DNA of 64,000 nucleotides, from NCBI RefSeq assembly GCF_006345805.1, contig NC_042999.1:45818001-45882000 (forward strand). Direction: 5' to 3'. Position numbers and translations under genes: made by a program. This DNA comes from Octopus sinensis (lineage: Eukaryota). Positions 36,006-50,891 of this stretch are shown here, in pieces. A model generated the notes under the pieces. The model saw only the letters and a list, made by a program, of their open reading frames with translations. It was not told the DNA's origin and did not search any database. Each line of letters opens with the position of its first letter. The stretch's first letter is position 1.

Positions 36006-36636
36006 AAAACCTTTTGTTACATTTCAATTAACGTGTAATTTAATGCACGCATATCATGTCAGTCACTGTTTTATACATCATAGTATGATACATAGTTGGA
36101 AAATTTACCAGAGCAAAAATCCCAAGTGTTGACTGTAGACATGTTCCTTTGCAAATGATCAGCTATTTTGTAAATAATGTTTCAAAACTGTTCATGTGTT
36201 CGAAAGGAGAGATGTGAGTCTCATTCTCAGTGTAGGAGGCCCAGCTTGCCAGCTTGCTAAAGTTACTTCATTCGACAATATTACTCAATAGAGGGAAAGG
36301 GGTTGGGAGGGATGGAGGGGGGTCAGGGGGGAAGATGAGGTCAGACTGATCTCTGCAGGAGAATGTAGGCCTCTCTATTCCTCTTACAAAACTTACCTCC
36401 AGATGCCAAATTTGCCTTAATTGATGGCATTACTTGGGTAGGGGGTGGTGGTAGGACAGGGGCAGAAGGAGGAAGTCAAGCATGTCCCTTTGGGAGGGTA
36501 TAGGTCATGCCATTCCTTCTGCCATATGTATATAAATTAGAGAAGAACCACCATGAAGCAAATCAACAAAGATATACTTAAATCATACCATATAGAAAAA
36601 AATTAGATATGATATTATTATTATTATTATCATTGT

Positions 36637-36654
<18 letters not shown>

Positions 36655-36667
<13 letters not shown>

Positions 36668-37335
36668 ATCTTTGAGTCTGTGTTTGTCTCCACCACCATC
36701 ACTTGGCAACCGATGTTGGTGTGTTTATGTCCCCATAACTTTGCAGCTCAGCATAAGAGACTGATAGAATAAGTACTAGGCTTCCAAAGAATAAGTTCTG
36801 GGGCCGATTTCTTCGACTAAAAAATTTCTTTAAGGCAGTGCTCCGGCATGGCCGCAGTCAGATGACTGAGATAGGTAAAAGAGTAAGCAAATGAAAGTGT
36901 GGTAGAGATGGTTTTAGCATGTTGTTTTTAAGTGTGGGCATGACTGTGTGGTGAAAAAGCACATTTCCCATCTGTGCAAGTATGTGGTTTCGGGTTCATT
37001 CTCACTGTGAAGCACTTAGGACAAAAGTCTTATATGATAGCTTGAGGCTCCAGGCAATGCATGACCATTTATGAGTGAATTTAGTAAACAGACTGTCTCC
37101 ATATATCTATGCATATACGAGTTCTATGTTTGTGTTTGGCACCCTCTTCACTGCTTGGCAACCAGCAGTGGCTTGATTACCACCCTATAACTTAACACAG
37201 TAAAAAAGTTTGATAGAATAAGTACCAGGCTTTGCAAAAAAAAATAATAACTGGTGTTGATTTGTTTCACTCAACTGTTCAAGGGCTGCTCCAGCATGGA
37301 CACAGTCCAATGACTGAAACTGATAAAAGAGAAAA
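36655..37335 (+). mobile_element. Two family B SINEs (3' half at 36655-36890; full at 36935-37335)
   Basis: gcttggcaacc...gatagaataagtac...gctcc(g/a)gcatgg...gactga tails. Confidence 0.85.
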
Positions 37336-37898
37336 GATATCTTCTGCTGCATTATCTGCAGGATTATTATCTTCCTCAACATGTTTTAGAAGTAATCCTC
37401 TCAGACAACTTTGACTGCGAACATAGATTCTAGTTCTAGAATTTCCCATCAGAAGTTGTCATAGGCCATCATAAGAGACAGATGTAATGGAATTGCATAA
37501 AGCAAGCTTTAGAAACAATATTATATAGCAAGCTGATGCAGGAACCATCACGAGGTTGATCAGTTTGCTAGAAATCATAGCCAAATCATTTTCAAATTGC
37601 ACCCTGCAGTTTTAAAAACAGAAGAAAACATTTCATAAGATAGTCATAGTTACATTGGTTGTAGAAAAAAATCTGGAGAGATTGTGAGATTATCATAAAG
37701 GCTAATAACAGGCTTTAATCATGTGTCTGCCTGATCAGTCTTGACCTGGGGCTAAACAACAACAAAAATTGTTTCACGGCTCTCTGTCTTACTGTATTCT
37801 GCTTTTGCAGCTTACATTTATTTTCCTGGCGCCATAAGTGCTGTTTGCTTCTAAGATTTCTCTTTTATATGCATATATACATTCATACACATGTATCT

Positions 37899-37938
37899 AT
37901 TCACAAGACACTCATACATACATACATATATATATATG

Positions 37939-38001
<63 letters not shown>

Positions 38002-38011
38002 GAGTGTCTTG

Positions 38012-38016
<5 letters not shown>
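37899..38016. repeat. Inverted repeat around a (TA)n core
   Basis: attcacaagacactcatacatacatacatata ... tatatgtatgtatgtatgagtgtcttgtgaat. Confidence 0.88.
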
Positions 38017-38058
<42 letters not shown>

Positions 38059-38064
38059 TCACAG

Positions 38065-38997
38065 ACACATGCTGGAGTACTGCCTTTAGTTGAATAAATT
38101 GACCCCAGGATTTATTGTTTGTAAGCCTAGTACTTATTCAATCGGTCTCTTTTGCCAAACCACTAAGTAATGGGGATATAAACACACCAACATCGGTTGT
38201 CAAGCAATGGTGGGCGGGGACAAACACAGACACACAAACATATATATGCACACACGCTCACACACACATCTATTTATACTTATATATGTATACATACATA
38301 TATATAGGTATACACACACACACATTCATATACATATATAAACACATGCAAACACATCTACCCACATATCATCAGTTAATGTCTATTTTTCCATGCTTGC
38401 ATGAGTTAGACAGAATTTGTTGTGCAGATTTTCTACAGCAGGATGCCCTTCCTGTTACCAGGAAGGTGATGTTCCCCCCCATGGCTGGACATGTCTTTCA
38501 TGGATGACAGGAAACAAACAACACTGCTTGCACAAAGGTGATACTTGTTTACAACTATCATGTGGTGTCCAGTCAAGAAAGAGTACATACACACACGACA
38601 GGCTCCACTGAGTTTCTGTCTATGAAACTAACCCATGAGGCTTTGGTTTGCCTAGGGCTGTACTAAAAGACATTTGAAATACCCCACAATGGGACTGGAC
38701 TCAACTGTGTTATGTATAAATTTGTATATATTCTCATACATGCATACACACACACATTGCTGGATAACAATTCTTCTCTGTGGAGTAATAAGACCTTTAC
38801 TCTTTTACTTGTTTCAGTCATTTGACTGTGGCCATGCTGGAGCACCACCTTTAGTCGAGCAAATCGACCTTAGGACTTATTCTTTGTAAGCCTAGTGCTT
38901 ATCCTATCGGTTTCTTTTGCTGAACCACTAAGTTACTGGGACGTAAACATCGGTTGTCAAGTGATGTTGGGGGACAAACACAAACACACAAATACAT

Positions 38998-39028
<31 letters not shown>

Positions 39029-39200
39029 CATATATACAACAGGCTTCTTTCAGTTTCCGTCTACCAAATCCACTCACAAGGCTTTGGTTGACCTGAGGCT
39101 ATAGTAGAAGACACTTGCCCAAGGTGCCATGCTGTGGGACTGAACCCGGAAGCATGTGGTTGGTAAGCAAGCTACTTACCACACAGCCACTCCTGCACCT
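38065..39200 (-). mobile_element. Cluster of minus-strand family B SINEs (38065-38250; composite with RTE-like tail 38375-38660; full 38788-39200); another at 40160-40485
   Basis: Family B tail, core and head motifs in reverse orientation. Confidence 0.85.
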
Positions 39201-40690
39201 ATATTCAATGTCTGTTAATAATACCGAAGTATAAATTCATGAATTCTTCCTAATGAAATCATTTCTTTGAGCAGACTCTTCAAGAACAATCTTATAGTTT
39301 GGTAAGTACTTGTACAGACATAGCTATTCAGTTAAAGTGGTCACTTAACAACTATATGGTCCGAGTTTGATACCATTGTGCATCATGTTGGTCAGGTGTC
39401 TTGGGCTAATCCAAGGTTGATGCAAACTGTGTGGAACCCCTGCCCAGAGTGTAGTTTTCCTCGGGTGTTTTTCTTAATTTCCTGCCCAGTTTAACCATTC
39501 AACATTCAGCTTACTTTGTCAAATGTAATGCTTATTTCTTCACTATTTTTTTTTTGAATTAGTCATTCATTATCTTGCAACTTTGAGATTTCAATTATTT
39601 TATTTTTTGATTTTTAGAATGACATTATTGGGTAGGTGTGTGAAGCTGGATCTGGCCAGTTTAAATGGCACCCCATTAGTTACGACGATGAGACCTCTAG
39701 TTGATCTGATTATTTTTGTATACTTGCACTTTATTCATACTTGGAAAGTTTTCTCCCACATTTTCTTTGATTGCAAAATTTGATCAGATCCTCTCTATGA
39801 CACCATGAACCCTTTGAAATTATACTTCTGGTCATGTATACCACTTCAGTTATTTTAGCAAGCTTAAAGTAATTGATTTTGTGCTGTTAACCATTTACCA
39901 TTTCTCTGGTCCCCCCTCCCCGCTCCCTTGATACCCTAAGCTTATTTTGCTTAATGGTTAATCCAGTTCTGGAATCTGAGGATAACACAGTATATTAATA
40001 CGACAACCTATTAGTTTCTTTCCTCTTCCTTCCTACCCCAAGTCATAGATATACCACAAAAGGGCACAGGTGCTTCTTTTCATCCTTTGATTAAATTATA
40101 TAAAAAAAAATCATGTCTTTTAACTTTTACCTTTTACATGTTTCACTCATTGCTTGGGAAATGTTTTGAATGCATTGACACCAGTGCCTTTTTTGTTTTT
40201 AAGTCAGATATCTATTCCGTTTTGCTCTTTTGCTGAACTGCTAGGTTACATGGACGTAAACACACCAACACTGGTCGTCAAGCAGTGGTGGCAGACAAAC
40301 ACAGATGCCAAGACGCACACACACACACACACCTGATGGGCTTCTGTCAGTTTCCGCCTACCAAATCCATTCACAATGCTTTGGTCAGCCTGAGGCTATA
40401 GAAGAAAACAATTACCCAAGTTGCCATGCAGTGGGACTGAACCTGGAACCAAGTGGCTGAGAAGCAAGCTTCTTACCAGACAGCTAAGGAGAGCTGGATA
40501 ATTTGACCCCAGATGGCTAGTGGTACTTATCTGATTAACGACAGAAGAAGGAAAGCAGCTAGAATCTGGTCTTGGATGGAATGTTAACCTAGAACAGGGA
40601 AGTTATTGAACTACAAGTTGTGAAGAATTCAGTCAACATATCAAGTTGCAGTATTGGCATTTTTTGTTTTAAAGATTTGCTCTGCAAATA

Positions 40691-40892
40691 GCAGCTTATA
40701 TATTTATATGTGTATAAAACATGATTGTGCAAAAGACTTCTTAAACACACAACCATACATGAATCTTTGTGTGTGTGTATGTGTGAGTGTGTGTGTATGT
40801 ATATTTGTGTGTGTATATGTATATATATGTGTGTGGATGTATATATATATGTGTATATGTATGTATATTTGTATGTGTGTATATATATAAAT

Positions 40893-40928
<36 letters not shown>

Positions 40929-41454
40929 TTATATACATATATGCATACATATATATACACATGCATTTATGTGTAGTACAGGACGTCACCAACAGTAAAC
41001 AACAAAAAATACGAAAACAAATGAGTTCAGTATGCAAACAACTAGAGAAGCAAATGGAAACAGGACGTTTACACAAAAGAACGACCCTTCATCAGTTGTC
41101 TGCTGTTTATCTACTCCTCATTTTGAGCATATGTATATATGATAATGTATGTACACATATGTGTGTATGTGGATGTATTTATTTATTAATACATATATTA
41201 TTATATATATATATATGTAAATGTGTTTATTGTATATATATGGAATATTTTTATATATATATATATATATATATTAAACCTCCTTCTTTTCTTCTTTCCT
41301 GAGCGTCCAATAATACTATATTTTTCCACGTCCTCGTGTGTGTTTTATCTTTGTATTTTCATGTTTGGATTAACTATATATATATACACACATATATATA
41401 TAATATATATATATTATATATTATATATATATACATATATACATATATATATAC

Positions 41455-41485
<31 letters not shown>

Positions 41486-41555
41486 CATATATACATATGT
41501 ATATACTTATATATTATATATACATATCTATATATATACATATATATATATATAC

Positions 41556-41587
<32 letters not shown>

Positions 41588-41616
41588 ATACATATATTAT
41601 ATATATATCTATATAC

Positions 41617-41659
<43 letters not shown>

Positions 41660-41828
41660 TATATCTACATATATATATATATATAATATATATATATTAT
41701 GCATATATATATATAACATATATATACTATACATCTATATATATCTACTATATACATATATATATCTATACATATATATATATACATATATATTTCTGCA
41801 TATATATATATATACCTAAATATCTTGC

Positions 41829-41893
<65 letters not shown>

Positions 41894-41902
41894 ATATATT
41901 CA

Positions 41903-41941
<39 letters not shown>

Positions 41942-42362
41942 CTATATACATATATATAACATATATATCTATATAAAATATAATATATACTACTATATAT
42001 ATATATATATACATACAACACATATATATCATATATATATATATAATCATATCTATTATATATATATATATACATATATATATACATATATATATTATAT
42101 ATATATATATATACATCAGATATATATAATATATACATACCATCTATATATATATATATATATATAATACATACATATATATATATATATACATACATAT
42201 ATATATTATACATATATATTAATATATATATATATATACATACATATATATATATATATACATACCATATATATATAATACATACATACATATTATATAT
42301 ATATATAATATATATATACATACATACATATATATATATAATATATATATAATACATACATA

Positions 42363-42395
<33 letters not shown>

Positions 42396-43177
42396 CATAC
42401 ATATATATATATATACATACATATATATATATATACATACATATATATATATATATACATACATATATATATATATATATATACATACACATATATATCT
42501 ATATATATATATATATCTATATACCTAACATATTATATATATATATATATATACATACATATATATAATATATATATATATATATATAACATACACACAT
42601 ATATATTATATATATATACCTACATATATCTATATATATATATATATAACATACACAATATATATATATATATATATAACATCATCATCATCATCATTTA
42701 GCATCCGTTTTCCATGCTAGCATGGGTTGGACGGTTCTACTGGGGTCTGTGAACCAGAAGGCTTCATCAGGCCAGTCAAATCTGGCAGTTTTTCTACGGC
42801 TGGATGCCCTTCCTAACGCCAACCACTCCGTGAGTGTAGTGGGTGCTTTTTTACGTGCCACCCGCACTGGTGCCAGACAGAGCTGGCAAACACCCACAAC
42901 GGATGGTCTTTTTATGTGCCACGGCACGAGGGCCAGGCGAGGCTGGCAACGGACACGAAACGCAGCTTATATATTTATATGTGTATAAAACATGATTGTG
43001 CAAAAGACCTTCTTAAACACAACAACCATACATGAATCTTTGTGTGTGTGTATGTGTGAGTGTGTGTGTATGTATATTTGTGTGTGTATATGTATATATA
43101 TGTGTGTGATGTATATATATATGTGTATATGTATGTATATTTTATGTGTGTAATATATATAAATTATATATATAATA

Positions 43178-43216
<39 letters not shown>

Positions 43217-43465
43217 TGCCTACATATATTACACATGCATTTATGTGTAGTACAGGACGTCACCAACAGTAAACAACAAAAAATACGAAAACAAATGAGT
43301 TCAGTATGCAAACAACTAGAGAAGCAAATGGAAACAGGACAAGTTACACAAAGAACGACCCTTCATCAGTTGTCTGCTGTTTATCTACTCCTCATTTTGA
43401 GCATATGTATATATGATATGTATGTACACATATGTGTGTATGTGGATGTATTTATTTATTAATAC

Positions 43466-43502
<37 letters not shown>

Positions 43503-43668
43503 AATGTGTATATGTATATATATGTGAATATTTATATATATAATATATAATATATTAACCCTCCTTCTTTCTTCTTTCCTGAGCGTCCAATATACTATAT
43601 TTGTTCCACGTCCTCGGTGTTGTGTTTTATCTTTGTATTTTTCAGTTTGGATTAACTATATATAATAT

Positions 43669-43724
<56 letters not shown>

Positions 43725-43874
43725 CATATACATATATATATACATATATATATATTACATATATATATATATACATATATACCTATGTATATACAATTAT
43801 ATATATATATACATATATATATATATCATATATATATATATACATATATATATTCTATTAATATATATATATAC

Positions 43875-43918
<44 letters not shown>

Positions 43919-44171
43919 CTATAGATATACATATATCTATACATATAATATATATATATATATGCATATATATATATAATATATATATATATATTATACA
44001 TATATATATAATACATATATATATAATATATACATATATATATATATACAATATATATATACATATATATATGCATATGATAATATACATAAATATATAT
44101 GCATATATATAACATTATATATATATATATATATATATATTTAGATACATAATATATAATATATATATAAC

Positions 44172-44208
<37 letters not shown>

Positions 44209-44222
44209 ATATATATATATAC

Positions 44223-44259
<37 letters not shown>

Positions 44260-44572
44260 GATATAATACATATATATATATATATAATACACATTATATA
44301 TATACATATATATATATATACATACATATATAATATATATATACTACATATATATATATATAGACATACACATATATTATATACATATATATATATATAT
44401 ACTATATATAGACTATATACATACATATATATATGTACATAACATATAAATATATATATACATAATATATATAAATTTTCATAAATATATAACATACAGA
44501 TATATATATATATATACATTATAGATATAGATACATACATATATATATATATAATAACATATATATATATAT

Positions 44573-44603
<31 letters not shown>

Positions 44604-44800
44604 CATACATTAGATATCTATACATATATATATAATATATATACATACATATATATATATATACATCCATATATATATATATATACATACATATATATAT
44701 ATATACATACATAAATATATATATATATACATACCATATATATATATATATATACACATACATATATATATATATACATACATATATATATATATAATAT

Positions 44801-44831
<31 letters not shown>

Positions 44832-44863
44832 CATACACATATATATATATATAATATACATCC

Positions 44864-44894
<31 letters not shown>

Positions 44895-44961
44895 TTACAT
44901 AACACATATATATATATATTATATATATACTACAATATATATATATATATATATATATCAT

Positions 44962-45032
<71 letters not shown>

Positions 45033-45335
45033 CACATATATTATATATATATATCATCATCATCATCATCATTTAGCATCCGTTTTCCATGCTAGCATGG
45101 GTTGGACGGTTCTACTGGGGTCTGTGAAGCCAGAAGGCTTTCATCAGGCCCAGTCAAATCTGGCAGTGTTTCTACGGCTGGATGCCCTTCTAACGCCAAC
45201 CCTCCGTGAGTGTAGTGGTGCTTTTACGTGCCACCCGCACGGGTGCCAGACAGAGCTGGCAAACACCCACGAACGGATGGTGCTTTTTATGTGCCACCGG
45301 CACGAGGGCCATGCGAGGCTGGCCACGGACACGAA
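40691..45335. repeat. Tandem duplication of a ~2.3-kb unit (40691-42961; 42962-~45335)
   Basis: Both units contain the same unique segments (gcagcttatatatttatatgtgtataaaacatgattgtgc; caggacgtcaccaacag...; cctgagcgtcc...), a (TA)n block and an RTE 3' UTR. They differ mostly by small indels. Confidence 0.9.
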
Positions 45336-45759
45336 CGGGGCGGTGCTGGCAACGGTCGCGAAACGGAAATTTCTCTTACATGCCACCGCACTGGTAACAC
45401 ATCTGCAATTTCCATTGATCGTTTCCATTGATCGATTTCGATTCTGATCCTCACTTGCCTCAATGGGTCTTCACAAGCAGAGTTTCGACATTGCCACCGG
45501 GCACCTGGTAGCACATCCGCAATTTCCATTGATCAATTTCGATTCTGATCCTCACTTGCCTCAACACTCTTCACAAGTAGAGTTTTGTGTCCCAAGAAGG
45601 AAGGTATGCATACGTAGGCGGCTCCATCCCATGTAGAAGGCCACGGTTGTGGACTCACTTGTCCTGCCGGGTCTTCTCGCACACAGCACACTTCCAGAGG
45701 TCTCGGTCTCAGTCATTTCCTCAGTGAGACCTAAAGTTCGAAGGTCGTGCTTCACCACC

Positions 45760-45760
<1 letters not shown>
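45054..45760 (-). mobile_element. 5'-truncated RTE copy (last codons of ORF plus 3' UTR); truncated duplicate at 42682-42961
   Basis: [15 protein letters not shown] matches the end of the 29006-29470 ORF; family D terminus. Confidence 0.88.
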
Positions 45761-45801
<41 letters not shown>

Positions 45802-45916
45802 TATACATACACATATACATATATATATACATACATATACATATATTATATATATATATATATATATATACATATATAATATATATATACATACATATAT
45901 ATATATACATACTATA

Positions 45917-45972
<56 letters not shown>

Positions 45973-46044
45973 CATACATATATATATATATACATACATA
46001 TATATATATATATATTCTACATACAGATATATATATATACATAC

Positions 46045-46083
<39 letters not shown>

Positions 46084-46511
46084 CATACATATATATATAC
46101 CTACATAATATATATATATATATATATACAATACATACATATATATATATACATACATCCATACATATATATATATATATATACATACATATATATATAT
46201 ATATATACATACATAATATATATATATTAATATATATACATATAATAATATATAATATATACATATATATATATATACATACATATATATATATATATAT
46301 ACATACATATATATTATATATATATATATACATACATATATACATATATATATAATATATACATACATATATATATATACATACATATATATATTATATA
46401 TATATATACATACATATATATATATATATATATTATATAATACATACATATATATATATATATATACATATTATATATATACATACATATATATATATAT
46501 ATATATATTAT

Positions 46512-46546
<35 letters not shown>

Positions 46547-46575
46547 CCTCATATATATATATATATATATATAAT

Positions 46576-46606
<31 letters not shown>

Positions 46607-46736
46607 ATACATACATAGATAATATATATATATATATACATACATATATATATATATATACGTACATATATATATTATATAATATACATACATATATATA
46701 TATATATACATACATATATAGATATATATATACTAT

Positions 46737-46772
<36 letters not shown>

Positions 46773-46896
46773 CATACATATATATATATATATACTATAT
46801 ATATATACATACATATATATATATATATAGATATATATATATAACATACATATATATATATATATATATATACATACATATATATATATATAATAT

Positions 46897-48270
46897 AACT
46901 TACTTAGAATACTTAGAAAGGTTTTTGGCCAGTATTGGCCCAGGCCATGTCTAACTTAATAGCACCACACCTGCGAAGTCTTTCAGTTCAGGATTTGGGC
47001 ACCAAAGCCCATTCGAGCAGAGAGTTATTGTTTGCGGAGACATATATCCGGGTGTGGGTGGTTTTGTCCGGTATGTTTGAAGGAATTTGTCCCAAGACTT
47101 CTTGAATTTTTGTGGTCAGTTTCTTTTTTTGACGTGTCCTGGTGTAATGTTGAAGAGAGCGGGTCCAATTGAGGTGGAAATAGTTGTGCCGTATTGTCGT
47201 TATTGTGCGATTTAGATTTTGTTGTGGACGGATGGCACGTGGTCCAAGCCTTGGATGCATTTTGAAGGTGATGCCAACATCATTCGGACAGTGCTGATGG
47301 AATATTTTGCACAATCCATACAGATATGTAGCGTTCACGGCGTCGTTGGAGTGAATACAGTTTCATCTTCTCTAGTCTACCCCCAGTAGTCAAGGTATGA
47401 CTGCATGCCATCTATCTTTTTGTGATTGACCTTTGGGGAGCTTCAATTCTCATAATATTTTGTTTTGTGTAGGGAGAACCACTGGACAGCAGTATTCAAG
47501 GTGGGGTCGGCAAAAGTGAGAAGAGAAGGATAATAGCGTGGGATCTCTCGACTGGAAGGTTCTGAGAATCCAGGGAACACATTCTGCGGGCCATGTCAAC
47601 TTTGCTGCTTATATGTGTAGCCCAGCTTATGTTGTTGTCCACTGTTACTTCCCAGGTCTCGATGTTGTTGGATGGATGCCATGAGAATTTCTCCAGAAGG
47701 AAGAGAGTATGGGAGTTTCAAGCGTCCTCCCTTCCAAAGTGGATCAGTTCGAATTTGTCTTCATTTAGCAACATGTTATTCCTTTCCGCCCATTGGACAA
47801 CAGCCAGTAGGTCTGACTGAAGGTTTATTATTCGGTCATCCACGCCATTATGACCTTCTGGAGCTTGGAATCATCAGCGAAGGTTCTGATGTTGCTGTGT
47901 TTGATGTTGTCAGTAATATCATTTAATGTAGATGATGAAGAGAAGTGGCCCAACACATGCCTTGTGGACACCACTGCTGACTTTGGCTGGGCTGGATTTG
48001 ACTCCCTTCGACTACAACATGTTGGGTTTCTGTTAGAGAGGAAGCACTTGATCCATTGCAGCAGCTTTCCAGTGACACCAATATTGGACAGCTTTCTCAG
48101 AAGGATCTTATGATCCCCTGTCAAGGCCTTGCTGAAATCAAGGTAAGACATCATTGTTGGAACCCTCTCCAAGGCTCTCAAAATGTCATCAAAATGATGC
48201 AGTACTGCGTCAGGCAATCTCTCCCATTACGGATCCATGCTGGTTGGGGTTCAGCATATTATGACTCTCA
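46897..48270 (-). mobile_element. 5'-truncated CR1-like LINE (RT domain to 3' end), many frameshifts
   Basis: LNPNQHG...HFDDILRALE...YLDFSKA..DHKILLRKLSNIGVTGKLLQWIKCFLSNR...NDITDNIKHSNIRTFADDSKL. Ends in short ctaagta repeats. Confidence 0.9.
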
Positions 48271-48317
48271 ATGAAGTGAGTCATATATATATATATATAT
48301 TATATATATATATATAT

Positions 48318-48352
<35 letters not shown>

Positions 48353-48366
48353 ATATATATATATAC

Positions 48367-48410
<44 letters not shown>

Positions 48411-48416
48411 TACATA

Positions 48417-48528
<112 letters not shown>

Positions 48529-48529
48529 C

Positions 48530-48571
<42 letters not shown>

Positions 48572-48604
48572 CATATTAATTATATATAATCTATATATAT
48601 ACAT

Positions 48605-48640
<36 letters not shown>

Positions 48641-48647
48641 TATATAT

Positions 48648-48687
<40 letters not shown>

Positions 48688-49320
48688 ATATATATATATA
48701 TACATACATATATATATATATGTCTGTATGTATATTTGCATTTATGTTTGTGTGTGTGCACGTAAGCTATCTAAGAATCATAAGTCAGGAAAAATGCCCT
48801 CATATTAGAACAAGGAGGTTATTGAACTACAGGTTGTGGAGAATTCAGTCAACATATCAAGTTGCAGTATTGGCATTTTTTGTTTTAAAGATTTGCTCTG
48901 CAAATAGCTCCTGTTAGTAGAGCGGGTAAATTAATGGAAGTGTACAGTATTATACATGCATTACAGCTGATCTTACCACTCAGTTTCGCATTAGGGTTTC
49001 AATGGAGTGTTAGCCAACAGTTCAGTTATGTAACCCTGTGCTCTTCAGAGATGGTTGTCAAATTCCATAATGGCTATCTCTAAAAAGTGCAGATTTACAT
49101 AATTTGACTGTTACCTAACACTCTATTGAACCTCTAGTGTGAAGCCAATTGGTAAGATGGATGTATAATATTGTACTCTTTGATTAATATATGTGTATAT
49201 ATATATATATATATGTATGTATATTAATTATAATAAAGGGTAAAAATCATTAATGATTTTACCAGAGGGTCAGCATAGAAATAAAAACCTTATAGATAAA
49301 TTTTACAAATATTTTAACAG

Positions 49321-49497
49321 TTATAACAAGGGAATGGCTATAAGCCTCTCCACATGCTGGAAAAATAGATGCCAAAAGACGCTATTACCACCTTAAAAAC
49401 TCTGAGAATAAAGCACTGGGTTGTAGTTGGGCAAAAGAAAGATAATGAATTAAACTAAAATTGTGTGGAGAGGCTTATAGCCAATCCTTTGTTATAA
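49321..49497. mobile_element. MITE (~34-bp TIRs)
   Basis: ttataacaagggaatggctataagcctctccaca versus tgtggagaggcttatagccaatcctttgttataa. Confidence 0.82.
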
Positions 49498-50024
49498 TTA
49501 TGCATCAACATTATCATGACGGTTACCTTGACAGTCACTTTCACCACCGCAATCAGTATAACCACTACAATACCACCATCGCCTCAGCATCACACATCAC
49601 ATCGCTCTGTCTCCATTATAACCACCGATACTATTTTATCCTTCTCCCTTACTTATCTCGACCATCATCATCATCATCATCAACACTGTCTCTGCTTTCA
49701 ACACAATCACCGTCAAAGCTATGATCACCCCAGTCAGTTTCTTTACACAGTTGAAAATCCATTATCCAATACTCATGGGACTGAGATTGTAGCAGAGTTT
49801 TGATTTTTCTAATTACGGAGTGCTTTATTGAAAAAAAAAATTGCGCCTACAAAACAGAACAGTTTGAGGATAGAAACCAGGTCTAAACACAATAGCTTAT
49901 AGACATAGTCTGAATGTAGTTCTATATAAATCTTTAATAATTTTTTTTTATACTTAAGACCATCAGACATGTTAAGATATCAGCCTCTATCCATGTTGTC
50001 ACGCTTTGATTAAAAGGTTACAGC

Positions 50025-50500
50025 ATAGATTAGATTACTTGGATAAGTTTTGGCTGAAGTTGACCCAGGCCATGTCTAATTTGATAGCACAACCTGAAAG
50101 AGATTCACAATCAGCTCTGGGGAACCGTAGCCCATTCAAGCAGAGGGTTATTGTTTTCATAGATATATCTAGGTGTGGGTGGTTTATCTGGTATTTGTTG
50201 TGTTGTAATCATCTAGGGATCGTTTGAATGCTGTGTAGTCACTTTCCTCCTTTATGTGTGTCTGGCACGATGTTGAAGAGAGCCGGGCCGATTGAAGGGA
50301 AATAATTCTGTCATAGTGTTGTGATACGACATGAACATTTCTGTAGTGGACGGATCGCGCGGGGCCAAGCCTCAGATGAATTTTAAAAATGGGCAATGTT
50401 GATGGAATATTTTCCACATAATACAGATGATATAGAGCTCACAGCGGCAGTGGAGGGAGCAAAGCCTGAGCTTTTTGAGTCGATCCCAATAGACTCCAGT
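50025..50500 (-). mobile_element. Second CR1-like 3' fragment (diverged from 46897-47340)
   Basis: Shares cccaggccatgtctaa..t.atagcac, cccattc.agcagag.gttattgttt and atgttgaagagagc.gg with the 3' end of the first copy. Confidence 0.8.
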
Positions 50501-50891
50501 CATGTCATGTAATCCTCCACAGATCTCCGCCAAGCAGCTCATTTTAAGATAGATACATGAGAAAAATTACTAATAGAGAAATGAAAATAAACTTTGGAAA
50601 CAGCGACGCCACCATAGGTTATGTGCAAACGATGAACATGTTTTCAAGGAAGATAATCAAAGAACATAACATTGTAATACTTCATGTAAAGTAAAAATAA
50701 CAAATGAAAAATCCTTCAAGAATCCATAGAAATTCCCAGATCACTACCAAAATTTCAGCATCTGTTCCTTGTGTCCTTACCAACTTTTTCTGCAAGTTTC
50801 ATTGAATACTGTTCACAACCTTTTGAGTTATTTTGCACACAGACGGAGAGACGGACAAACCAACGCCAATGAAAGCATTTGGCAGAGGTAA
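50500..50891 (+). mobile_element. Diverged HINE-like element
   Basis: Subterminal atctccgccaagc near the 5' end, aagtttcattgaat...ttttgagttatt..gcacacagac.gacaaac body, ends ttggcagaggtaa. Confidence 0.55.

Noticed and set aside
36292-36460. G-tract-rich stretch (possible G-quadruplex); also 30428-30450
   Set aside because: Common low-complexity feature with no evidence of function from sequence alone.
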